DNA of 64,000 nt, from NCBI RefSeq assembly GCF_009914755.1, contig NC_060927.1; one strand, given 5' to 3'. The notes beneath the pieces are model-generated. The model saw only the letters and a list, made by a program, of their open reading frames with translations. It did not search any database and was not told the DNA's origin. Origin of the DNA: the human T2T-CHM13v2.0 reference genome, Homo sapiens. The position numbers were made by a program, and so were the translations under genes. This document shows, piece by piece, positions 1-12,388 of this stretch. Positions within the stretch are counted from its first letter, which is position 1; every line of letters starts with the position of its first letter.

Positions 1-820
1 CCCGTGTACCTACTTGCCTCACCAGGGCTCCACCCAGACCTCCCTCCGAGGAACTACTGGGAGACCATTCACACTGCACTTATCTACCTCCGAGTGCCAG
101 GCGTCCGGGCTGAAGAGCAACAGGACACCCAAGAAATGCCCTGACCCAGACTGTTTCTCTCTAACTGGATCCCTTTGCAGAGGACTGGGAAGCCATCTCT
201 CCTACCCTCAGCACAGATCAGCCCCACAAAGCCATGGCTTCTTAGCGGCTTCCCAAGTCCCCTCACAGGACCCACTCACAGATAAGACTGGGAGGGAATA
301 CCTGGCTGTGTTAGGGAAAGAGAATATGGGTGATTTTTTTCCCTTTTCTTCATTTTCCAAACAACTCCGTGAAGTACTTATGCTACTTTTATATCCAAAA
401 TGTTTACATTTTTTAAAATGAGTCTTTGACAACAGCTTGGAGAACATGCTTTCCTCTTCTGAATGCCAGTCATACTGCTAGTCGGTGCGGTTCAGCCCAG
501 CACGTAATTACCCTCTTCCTAAGTCCTGAGTATTGTTGTTGGGTCTCTCATGGCTAGACTGTCACACGGAGACAATTCGCGCCGCTTTACTCTGGGTTTC
601 TCTACTAGGATCATCCCAGGGTCTGCCTGGCTTGTTGTGGCTGCTCATAACTTATTGTTTGGCTTTTTTGCTCAGGCCTCAGGTTTTGAGACAGCCCAGG
701 GCTTCCAGTTGAGGGCTGAGGAAAAGGCTCTCCTCCTTCTCCGCCCTGCCTGAGCTCTGGTTCCATTCTCTTCCCTGAACTTGATGACTGACAACTATTT
801 CAGTCTCTGAACTCAGCTCT

Positions 821-1869
821 CTGGTGGATTAAGGTGGGAGGCAAATTTGTTGTCACACTCCCAGTCAAGAGGTGGAGTTTTTCTCCTCCCCTCGATTCTG
901 GCCTGGCCCTGTGACTGCTTTAATGAATAGAAGGTGCAGAAGTCATACTGGGCCAGTTCCAGGTATAAGCTTTAGGAAGACCTGGGAGATTTTGCTTTTG
1001 CACATTGGAGAGCCCTGAGCCACCATCTAAGAAGTCAGCTACACTTCTGGATAGACCATGTGGAGCAGCCACATGGAGAGAGAGAGGCCTGGCCATCCCA
1101 GCATCATGGCTGATCCCAGCATCATGGCTGAGCCCAGCCTGCCGGCCATCACTGCCAAGGCACCAGACATGAGGAAGCCATCTTTGGTGTTGCAGCTGGT
1201 GGAGTCCCAGGATGACTACAGCACAGCCAATGCCATGTGGAGCAGAAGAGTCGCCCAGCTGAGCCCACTCAGCCCTCAGCATGATGAAAGATAATACAAT
1301 GTTGTTGTTTTAAGCCTACCAAAGCTGGCTCCCGACTATCACCAACACAACCTATCGGTGAGACAAAGCTGATCTCATTGCTTATTGCGGTAAGGGAGAA
1401 CGCCACCTGGCAAAGCTTTGGCAGTGCTTCCAATGGGGAAAGGAAGGTCAGAATGCACTGATAATTGGGAGCTTGGTTTAAGGCAGTCCTTCATTATGGG
1501 GACTTGATCAGGACCGGGCAAGAATCACTATGCAACACTCCAAAATTGGTGGAAACAGCAAAGTAAGGATTTCAAGATGAAGGAGTCACAGAATCTTAGG
1601 GCACAAATTGTCTGTGGATGTTTTCCATGGAATGGTTGATGGAAAGTTTCTTTAATGAACAATCAAACCACTTACCTGGCCAGGAGACATCTGGAAAAAT
1701 CAAGTCATACTAATGAAGACAGAGAAACAGCACAAAGTCATGTTACTATAGGCTGTAGGATATGGTTTAGGTTTCCCGGGTCCAGGCAGAGCATGGAGCT
1801 AGCTGGTTTTTGTTCTCAAGCCACTAAGTTTTGGAATGCTTTGTCACACAGCAATTAATAATCAAGACA
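821..1869 (+). mobile_element. MLT1G/H-family MaLR solo LTR, split in two (821-1316, 1819-1869) by a nested LTR
   Basis: MLT1-type motifs (cactcccagtcaagaggtggag, ctgtgactgctttaatgaatagaagg). The 3' end 'tgttgttttaagcc|actaagttttggaatgctttgtcacacagcaattaataatcaagaca' is continuous once the insert is removed. Confidence 0.75.
1317..1818 (-). mobile_element. Nested solo LTR, probably ERV1 class, family not identified
   Basis: 502-bp insert flanked by a 4-bp direct repeat AGCC (1313-1316 and 1819-1822). The minus strand begins TGAGAAC, as LTR ends do. Confidence 0.6.
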
Positions 1870-1911
1870 TTTCTCTAACCCTTCACTTCTCAATATTTCT
1901 GTATTTCTCAA

Positions 1912-2195
1912 TCCGTTCATTCTTCAAATACTTGCTGTATACCTACTATGTGCCAGGCACTGTGCTAGGCTGGTGATACAAAAGAGAGTAAGATAGACCA
2001 GGTCCTCACTTTCTTGGAGCTTAAATTGTCATCAGGAGGAGATAGACAATAAACCATTAAACCAAAAAGTTAACAGGATAATTTTTATACAGATAAAGTG
2101 TTCTGAGGAAAATAAAATAAAGCAATGGAATAGAGTTTGGGGGGCAGTGGAGGGCAGGGACAAGAAGATAGAGCTGGTTAGAAACAATAGTCAAC
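1912..2195 (-). mobile_element. L2 LINE 3' fragment (continues at about 2790-3150)
   Basis: L2 3'-end signature ttcattcttcaaatacttgctgtatacctactatgtgccaggcactgtgctagg. Confidence 0.75.
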
Positions 2196-2610
2196 GCTGA
2201 TCATGGTGGTTCATGCCTGTAGTCCCAGCTACTAGGGAGGCTGAGACAGGAGGATCGCCTGGGTTCCAGTGATTCTCCTGCCTCAGCCTCCCACGTAGGT
2301 GGGATTACAGGCGCCCGCCACCATGCCTGGCTAATTTTTGTATTTTTAGTAGAGACAGGGGTTTCACCATGTTGACCAGGCTGGTCTTAAACTCCTGACC
2401 TCAAGTGATGCACCAGCCTCAGCCTCCCAAAGTGCTGGGATTACAGGTGTGAGCCACCACACCTTGGAAATATGTTCTCCAAGCTGTTGTCAAAGACTCA
2501 TTTTTAAAAACGTAAACATTTTGGATATAACAGTAGCAGCGATCCTCTTGGGCTCAGGAGTTTGAGGCTGCAGTGAGCTCTACTCCAGCCTGGGTAATAG
2601 AGCGAGACCA
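2196..2610 (+). mobile_element. Old Alu monomer (FAM/FRAM/AluJ right arm), interrupted at 2258/2547
   Basis: gcctgtagtcccagctactagggaggctgagacaggaggatcgc resumes as cttgggctcaggagtttgaggctgcagtgagc...ccagcctgggtaatagagcgagacc. Confidence 0.8.
2258..2464 (-). mobile_element. AluS fragment lacking its 3' end and poly-A tail
   Basis: Antisense Alu sequence from cctgggttccagtgattctcctgcctcagcc to gtgagccaccacacc. Confidence 0.9.
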
Positions 2611-2790
2611 AAGGAAAGAAAAGAACAGAAAAGGTGAGGGACGAGGAGGTGAGGGGATGGGAGGGGACGGGAGGGGAGGGGAGAGGGGAGGGGGGTAGGG
2701 AAGCAGAGGAAGGAAGGAAGAAAAGAAGGAAGGAAGGAGAAAGAAAGAAAGGAAAAAGAAAAAGGAAGGGAAGGGAAGGAAGAAAGAAAG
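2610..2790. repeat. Polypurine (GA/GGAA/GGGGA) low-complexity tract
   Basis: Almost entirely G/A with several G runs; follows the Alu 3' end. Confidence 0.9.
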
Positions 2791-3012
2791 TTGGTCAAGG
2801 TAGTCCTCTTGAACAAACGACATCTGAGTTGGATGATATGCGAATGGTGGAAAAAGCCAACCAGGTAAAGATCTAGGGTGAGAATATTACAGGCAGAGGG
2901 CACGGCACAGGCAAATCCCTGAGGCAGGCAGGAACTCAGAGTGCCAGAGGGACTGAAAGGGCATGTGCCTGAAACACAGCGACCAGACAATGTGTTCCAA
3001 GTTGAGGCCAGA

Positions 3013-3083
3013 AAGGCTGGCAAACGTCAGTTCACACAGGGCCTTGAAGGCTGCCAAGGTCAGTTCACACAGGGCCTTGAAGG
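3013..3083. repeat. ~33-bp tandem duplication inside L2
   Basis: gtcagttcacacagggccttgaagg occurs at 3026 and 3059. Confidence 0.85.
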
Positions 3084-3161
3084 TATCACAAGGAATTTGG
3101 ACTTGAGTCTAAGCACGATGGGAAGCCCCTGGAGCAGCGTTGCCTAAAAGAAATAAGATGT

Positions 3162-3255
3162 ACCTGGGTGGCGGAGGTTGCAGTGAGCCGAGACTGTGCC
3201 TGTGCTTTCCAGCCTGGGCAACAGAGTGAGACTCCGTCTCAGAAAGAAAAAAAGA
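3162..3255 (+). mobile_element. 5'-truncated Alu (3' end only) with TSD
   Basis: ggcggaggttgcagtgagccgaga...gagactccgtctc, flanked by aaagaaataagatgt on both sides. Confidence 0.85.
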
Positions 3256-3269
3256 AAGAAATAAGATGT

Positions 3270-3590
3270 GAGCCATGAAGCCATGGATGCAATTTTAAAT
3301 ATTCTAGTAGCTAAATTTTTTAAAAAAGAGAGTAAAAGGTAGAATTAATTTTAATTATATATTATATTTCACCCAATATATCCAGATAGTATGATTTTGA
3401 CATGTAACCCATATACAACATTATCAACAGGATATTTCACATTCTTTTTTTTTGGTACCAAGTCTTTGACATAGGTTTTGATGGTATCATTACAGCACAT
3501 CTCAATTCAGAAAGTTGCCCTAGCCACATTTCAGGTGCTCAATAGAGACCTGTGGTCAGTGGCTACCATACAGGCCAGCTCAGCACTGGA
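3270..3590. mobile_element. MER33/MER3-type hAT-Charlie DNA transposon fossil
   Basis: ttttaaatattctagtagc...tacagcacatctcaattc...tagccacatttcaggtgctcaatag...gtggctacc. Confidence 0.75.
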
Positions 3591-4413
3591 GGGTTTAAGG
3601 ATCATTATCCTCCCAGGTAGGTTAAAGCTGTTTTTCATTTCCTCTTTTATCTCCTACCTATCTGCCATTATCATTCATCAAGAACTTAGAGAATTCCATA
3701 TAAGTACTTCCCCATCTATCTCATCCTCTTTACCTCAGCTCACGTGTCTTCAGTATTTTGTACATCAGCTATTGCTAAATCCTCTGAATTGGGCTTTTTG
3801 CCTTTTGTCTACCTCCTCCAGTCTCTCTCCACCAGGTTACTGGTGTGTTCTGCCAAAGCGGAGACCCCACCTTCTCCCATTTCCTCTTCAAAATCTTCTG
3901 TGGCTCCCACTCCCTGCTGAAGTTCAAACACTGAGGCCCCCAAGACCCCATCAAACAGTTCCACCCTGCTTTTAACCTTCTTTCCCCTGCCCCCTTTATG
4001 TGACACAGTTAAAACCCAGGTCTCAGCTTGGTCCACTTCATCACACTTCCCCCAGTGACTTATGAAGTAATGTTATCTTATTTCCCAAAATATCCTTAAA
4101 CACCATGGAACAATTGTAGCCAAACATTGAAAGCTTTTAGGACCTGTTTCTGTTTCTATTTCCACTAATAACAATTTTCCTCTCTATAAAAAAGTGTTTC
4201 ATATTTGTCTTATTTGATCATTTTTATTTTGTAATTCTTTTTTTTATTTTAAGGGCAATTCCAGTGGTCCACAACATTTGGATATGAGATGCCTACTTGT
4301 TTAATTTCTCAGTAGTTTTCATCCCACAAGAAAACTTCTAGCAAAAGTGATGCAAAAAATGTCAGTAATCAGTCATCACACAGGTGCGTGTGTGTGTATG
4401 AAAATTGAAGCTA

Positions 4414-4735
<322 letters not shown>

Positions 4736-6381
4736 CTAAAGCATACTTAATTGTGTTTGAGCAAACTTTGACATCACTTCAAATTATAAGAAACACTATG
4801 GGATATTGAAAATGTAGGCTAGGAATCTTTAAGATCCTCTTTGGCTTTAGTTATGACATAAAAGCACCTTGGCTGCCATCTTTGAAGTATGGTTGAAAGG
4901 TTGGTGTTTTTCTTTTTCCCCTCATTTGAAAAATTTAAGTAACTGAAGACGTAATTTTGTAGACTCTACTCCAAAAGAGCCATCAATAAACAATTCACGG
5001 GATGTCCACATGCCAGTGATGTTACAAGCTGCTCTTGACTGTTTATGGATGTGTGATTTAACTCCTGAATTAGAATGGAAGTAAATTGAGTCATAGATTA
5101 TTATTGAAGGAAGTTTGCACTTGCATCTCTAAAAATTAGTATTTAAAGACAAGTGTCTCATAAGTTTGTTCCAGCTGGAGTTCCCATTCCCTAAGTTTGT
5201 CTAACAACTTAATTTTCATTTCACTTGGGAGTCTACTTTAGTCCTTTGCACATATTTGATATAAATGAAGATCTAATAGCAAACACTTTTTGCTTGGCTA
5301 ATAGGCACATAAAGGCAGTTCTCCTTGCCAGACTATCCAGTTTGGGGCTTTGCTGAGAAAACTCACAAACAAAGCTCAGTAAAGCTCAGGGCTCCCCAGA
5401 CTGCCTAGAGTTCTGTTCATCTTTTTCCTACCTCCTCCCAACACCAAACTTACTGAGCACCTACTGTGTGTTGTGTCTGTGGAAAGACGAATGAGACACT
5501 GGGCTGTCACAAGTGTCTCCGGAATTTGAGTGTAAATAATTAAAATAAAATAGGGGCCTTCTGAGGTGATTCAAGCAAAACAAGTGCTTCTTCTTTAAAA
5601 GGCTGAGGATTCCAGGTGGCTAGTAGGCAGTGTAGTTGGAGAACTAGAGGATAGGTTAGAAGAGGCTCCAGGGCTGGGTGTGATTGAAAGAGGGTGGGCA
5701 GAGCCATGCCAGGTCTGACTGGTTTCATGTGCTAATGAGTCACAGTCACCAATCAGTCTTCATCCAGGAAAAGCTGCCTCTTTAAATCCCCTGGAGGGGA
5801 CCAGGTGGAGCCAGGAGAACCTGACCTGGAGATGGGCCCTGCTCCAACCCACTGTGACCTTGGCAATGTCACTCGCCCTCATTTAAAAATGGGAGCGTGG
5901 GATCATATGGTTCCTCCAGCTTGAGACCAGAGTCCTCTGAACTGCTGTCCCTGGATGCCTGCCCCTTGAATGGGGGTCAGGCTGTGCATACATTGTGAAC
6001 TATGGAACCATTTATGCCAGATACTGCAGTTAGAAGCTGAGGCTTATGTTCATGAGTCACAGGCATATATGTTCTGTCCCAAGACACAGAACCCCTTTAA
6101 GCCTCTACCATTTATCCACCCGTGTCCCCAGTCTCTGCCCAGTCCTGAGTCCTACCTCTTTTGTCTCCTCCCTGACTGGTTCATGTTTTAATCATTCATT
6201 CAGTGAACACCTTTAGCACCTACTGTATACTAGGCCCTATATTGGGTACCAAGCCCTATTCCTGAACCCAGTCTGGGGTGAAGTTTCTAAGTGGAGAGGG
6301 AGAAAGAAAAGGCAGGCAGGGGTCCCAGAGACTGTGCCATTCCATGCGGTCAGGTCTGTCCAGGAATATGACATTCAGCTA

Positions 6382-6729
<348 letters not shown>

Positions 6730-8986
6730 CTATTCCACTATGTGTGGATCCCTCTGCAGCTGCCACCCACTTTCTGGATTTTCTCCAGATTTCCTAGAGT
6801 GAGGAAGGAGGGGAGTTTCTGTGCAGGAGTGCCCTGTCACGTCTCAGCTTCAGTCTTTTGAAATTAAATTTGTGATTCCTCACCCCTTACATCTCCCCCT
6901 GGCCTGGCTCACAGGAGTGCCCTCCCTTCCCTGTCCAGGTAAAACATCTTCAGCCACTCTGGCCACCTTATACTCAAGTACATTTGGGTGCATGGGGCCC
7001 TCTGAGGAGGCAAATGACCTCTGGAGTGGAAGGGCCAGTGTGATCAGGACAAGTGGAGGCGGCACTGGCTGACCCGCTGAGGACTGAAACCACAGCAGAA
7101 AGCTGCACTGGGACGGGGAGAAGGTTTGGGGTGTGTTGGAGGGAGGCCCCTGGCAGACTCAGACAGTAGCTGAGTGATCTGGGCTTCAGGATTCAGGTTT
7201 ACCTGACAGCGACAGGTAACCTGTTCTCTGCACCTCCAAGCACCTCCTGCCCCTCACTATGGCTCTCTGTACTTGCTATGAACTGGGAGAGGCAGTTCTG
7301 GAATCTAACCCATGCTCCAGGGAGGTAAGGCGAGCTCTCCGGGCCACTGACAGAGCAAGCCAGGCCCTCACTTCTGCTGGAGTGAGGCGCTCCCGCCATC
7401 CCCGGCCTGTCCTGGAGAGTGATGCCTCCCTCTGGGGTGCTGGCCTTTGCCTTCAGTCCTTGGGGAGGCCACATCTTACCCACATTTTTCTTTGACCTGA
7501 AGACTGTTCATGTCCATAATTAAGGGGGTGATGAAGGCAGGGAAAGGCAAAGTGGAACAGGGATCCCAGAGCGTCCCAAAGCTGTTACAACCTCTGAACA
7601 AAAGAAGAAGAAAGTTATCTCTGAGCTAGGGTGAGGAGAATTGGTCAAAGGTTAAAGGCAGAGATGAATTAAGGTGAGTGTGTAGCAGTGGGTGTGGAGA
7701 GAATGAGACTGATTTACAGTCTTTTGAGGGCAAAAAGTTAGAATCTTTTCTGTCTTCAAAGCCTGATCCCAGGGCTCAGCCTGAGTATCTCTCTCTCTCT
7801 CTCTCCACCTCCCTCTCCACCCCCCACCCCATACTCCTTTCTCTCCTTCTCCATTTGCCAAGCTTCTCAGGACCTGGCATTTACTTCTGCCAAGCTGTAG
7901 GTCTTCCTCCCCACTCCAGGAATTTCACAAATAAATCCCTGAGAACAGAGCCTGCCTCACAACAAACAGCACATGGGTTTCTGCTCAGCCTCTGTGGCCT
8001 TGGACCAGCTTCTGGGAAAGAGCCCCTGCCTGGCTACAGGCGCAAACACAGCCCTGCCTTTCACAAACATTCAGTGGTGAGAAGCAGTAGGGAGGAACCC
8101 CAAGCCCCCAGGTGAAGGAGCTGCGCCCAGGCACGCACGGTAAGATCAGGCTGTGCCGGGGCCACGGCTGCCCCCGGCTGAGCTGGGATCCAAGGCACAA
8201 GGCTTCTCCCTCAGGGGACTAGCCACTCAACTCAGCGACGTTGATAAAGTTATTTTAGCCTCCCTAGACTTCCCTTTCCCTGTTTTTACATAGATCAGAG
8301 GTTTATGCTGCTTAATTCACAAAGAAACTACAAAGAAAAAAACTGATTTGTTTTGAAGCATTCTGTCTTCCTGAGAGGAACGCAGGTTCTAGCAAACTCC
8401 TTGAACAGACACGGATACATATGGACACACATTCATGATGTATTGACCTGTCCACACACTCACACTGCCCCATTCATGGGTTCAGCTGCAGCTCTCCAGG
8501 TATAGGGACATTGGTGCACTGCAGTGTCCCCTGCTGTGTGGTGCTTGGAGCAAAGCTAATGCTCAATAAATATCCACCGAATGAGTGTACTTGACAGTAT
8601 GTGTGGGCATCCTCTCCTTATGCCAGTCACTGTGCTCGGGGTTGGGGGACAGCCCTGCCCGCTAGTTGCTCACAGTCCAGGAGGGAGACTTGCACGTACA
8701 CTCACACAGCCAATGTAGAGTATTAATGGGCACCAGGACAGAAAAGAAAGGGGAGGTCAGAGCAGCTCAGAGTGGGGAGATCCCGGCTCTGTCCCATGGT
8801 TTGGGGGTTTGGGGGACACCTGGGGAGGATGTCAAGGGGAAATACCTCAGAGCACTGAAGGAAGAGGGAGATGAGGTGGCTGCAGATGTCTTCCAGCAGA
8901 GGGAAAGCATGTTCCAAAGCCCTGAAGTGACACAGTAGAGTCAGGAGACCAGGAACTGCTTCTGGTGGCTGGACCGTAAAGAAGGA

Positions 8987-9184
<198 letters not shown>

Positions 9185-9318
9185 TAGTGGGAAGGGCTAG
9201 GCGGTGAGTTGTGGGGCCGCAGGCTGGGTGAGGAGTGCTGAGTCTGCAGACGGTGCGTGCCTACTTTCAACAATCGCTATCCTTCCCTCCAGCATTCCTC
9301 TTAGACTCTTAAAATGTG

Positions 9319-9552
9319 CAGCTTGAGTATCTTTTATCCTAAATGCTTGGGACCAGAAGTGTTGTGGATTTCACATTTTTTCAGAATTTGGAATATCTGC
9401 ATTATGCTTACAGTTGATTATTCCTAATTCAAAAATCAGAAATCCAAAATGTTCCAATGATATTTCCTTTGAGAGTTATGTTGGTGCTCAGAATGTTTTA
9501 GATTTTGGAGCATTTCAGATTTGAAATTTTTGGATTCAGGATACTCAACCTG
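9319..9552 (-). mobile_element. Tigger4a/MER46A (Zombi) DNA transposon
   Basis: Terminal inverted repeats cagcttgagtatc...gatactcaacctg; internal aaatgcttgggaccagaagtg. Confidence 0.8.
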
Positions 9553-9692
9553 TCATAGTTTTACTTTTCTCTCTGCTGATTGAGAAACTATATATGCATA
9601 GAAGAGCTTACAGCCCTCTCCCAGCAACTCAGAGACAACCCACTTCTGACGTCAGTCTTCACACTGGGGTGCATCAGTTGGAAAGCATTACT

Positions 9693-9826
9693 TAGGTGAC
9701 CATAAAATTTATTATGTAACTGGTTCACTTTAGGGAGTGAAAGGGGTTATTACCAATAATTAAACCCTGGGGAAAAAAACAAGAACCAGGACTATTCTGG
9801 GCAAACCAGGATATATGATCACTCTA
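9693..9826. mobile_element. MER94 (hAT-Blackjack) MITE
   Basis: ggtgaccataaaatttat...gagtgaaagggg...gggcaaaccaggatatatgatcactct. Confidence 0.7.
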
Positions 9827-9845
9827 GGTAAAGATATTGGGTTGA

Positions 9846-10150
<305 letters not shown>

Positions 10151-11149
10151 AAGATTTGGGGTTTCCATGAAAGGATTGTATAGAGGTAAGTGGTGTCATC
10201 AGATTCACATTATTGGAATTGAGCTACCCCCTCTCACCCTAACTTCTTCATAGAACAGTGAGTGTAAGAGGACAGGATGGTTTGGATGGTCTCTTGAGGC
10301 TCTTCCCAGCTTCAGCCTCTTCTATAAATCTCTGTTTGGTAGGCATTTGAACGGCGAAAAGGGTTGAATAAAATGTAACCTCAAGGAAGTTTTGGGGGCA
10401 AACTGCAATTTAACCTAAACCGTGAAGATGCATACCAATATCCTGTGTTTTTAGCTGAAACCCTATAAAAGTGCCCAAGAAAAACATTCCCAAGGAACCT
10501 CTGCTCATCCACCCAACCAGGAAGGGAAAGGCGATGCCCGTGAAAACATTCCATTGAAATTAAAGCCCTGCTGCCAGTCAGCCTCTCCCACAAGTCCTAG
10601 CCCTCCCTTCATCTCTTCCTCCCTCCTCCCTTTCCTCCTCCTGACTCCAAGAGCAAGCAGGTAGGAGATTGGGTCGGTAAACGCATGTGAGCATTCAGTA
10701 GTTTAGTTAGTGCCATCATTTCAACTCCTGCAGCAACCCCCTCCCTCTTAAGTAAAAACCTCATGGCTGTCTAGTGCCTTGAGAATTAAGCACAAACTCT
10801 TCAACCTCTATTTCAAGATCTTTTGCTTTATCTCCATTTTATTCCTTATGCACCCTTTCTTACAACTTAATTGGAATTCTTGCTAAACAAACTTTACATA
10901 TTCTCTCTAGGTGCTTACTCAGGTTCTATCTACTCCTGACTTATCTAAATTGTACCAATAAATTTCATCTCTTCCATAAAATGTGGCTTTCCTCCTTTCA
11001 GTCTTCTTTTCTTCCAAGTTACTCAAACACTTGTCTTTCAAGATACTGCACTTCTAAATAAAGGTATAATTAATAGTGCTGGTATTTGTCTCTGAATCGT
11101 CTTGCTAAGGAACTGAACACTGGTGTGGTTTAAAATACAGCCTTGTAAA

Positions 11150-11351
11150 GGGCGTCTGCATTAAGTTCAGCATCAATATAGTGAACTTCTGGGAGAGGGG
11201 GACCACCAGGTCGCCCTAGGAGAGGTGAATCTGCCCAGATTGGAAATGGAGAGATCAAAACGTTCATGCTGATCAGTAGCGAGATTGTTCCTGTGAATAG
11301 CCACTGCACTCCAGCCTGGGCAACATAGCAAACCCCATCCCTTAAAAAAAA
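11150..11351 (+). pseudogene. 5'-truncated 7SL (SRP RNA) retropseudogene
   Basis: Contains the 7SL S-domain that Alu lacks (taagttcagcatcaatatagtga...gggggaccaccagg...gctgatcagtag...ctgtgaatagccactgcactccagcctgggcaacatagc), then a short A tail. Confidence 0.92.
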
Positions 11352-12388
11352 TTAAGACCTTCTCTTCAAAAGACACTGCCTTGAGAATAAAAAACTTTGG
11401 AGAAAAAGAAAATAAATGGAGAAAATATTAGCAAATCACAAATCTGATAAGGGAATTGTATCCGGATTATATGAAGAACTTGCAAACTCAATAATAAAAA
11501 AAGCAAACCAATTAAAAAATGGACAAAAGATTTCAACAGACCCTTCATCCCAAAATAATATGATGGCAAATAAGCACATGAAAAGATGTATACCATTGGT
11601 CATTTGGAAAATGCAATTGAAATCATAATGAGATACGAACCCACCACACACACACACCAGACTGTTTAAAACTGAAAAGACTAACCATGCCAAGCATTGG
11701 CAAAGATGTGAAGTAACTAGAATTCTCACATACCGCCGGTTGGAATATAAAATGGTACAAACTATTTCAAGAAATGATTTCTGAAGAAGTTAAACATATG
11801 CCTAACATGTGATCCAGCCGTTTCATTCATAGGTATTTACCCAAGAGAACTGAAAGCATATGTCGATACAAAAGACTTGTACATAAAATATTCAAGGCAG
11901 CTTTATTTGTAACAGTCAAAAACTGGAACAATGCAAATGTCTATCAATAAGTGAATGGATAAACAAAGTGTGATATTATCCATCCGATGGATTACTATGT
12001 AGGAATACAATGAAATAAACTACAGATAAATGCAACAACATGGATGGATCTCAAAATAATTATGCTCAGTAAAAAAGGCCAGAAAAAGAAGAATATGTCC
12101 TCTATGACTCCGTTCTTTTACAATTCTCCAAAATGCAAACTAATCTACAATGACATAAGGCAAATTAGCTGTTGCCTAGAGACTGGGGGAGGGAAGATAG
12201 GGTGCCAGAGAGGCAGAAAGGATCCTAAAGGGATGTGAGGAAACTTTTGAGGGAAGGGATATATCCACTGTTTTGATTGTGGTGAGGGTTTTACAGTTGT
12301 ACACATAGGCCAAACTTATCACTTGCATACTTTATGTGCAGTTTATTTCATGCCAATCACACCTCAATAAAATTTAATATTAAAAAAT
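11352..12388 (+). mobile_element. L1M (L1MC/MD-like) ORF2 end and 3' UTR
   Basis: Degenerate ORF2 C-terminal peptide (EKILANHKSDKGIVS), taggtatttacccaagagaa, gatggatctcaaaataattatgct, ending ctcaataaaa plus A-rich tail. Confidence 0.85.

Noticed and set aside
3478-3975. 165-aa hydrophobic ORF
   Set aside because: Starts in MER33 and runs through pyrimidine-rich, L2-like sequence; no homology recognised.
7642-7654. DR1-like nuclear-receptor site TGGTCAAAGGTTA and other isolated motifs (octamer, NBRE, partial CTCF or HSE matches)
   Set aside because: Single short matches are expected by chance in 64 kb.
11416-11628. ORF resembling L1 ORF2
   Set aside because: A degenerate L1M remnant, already counted as a mobile element.
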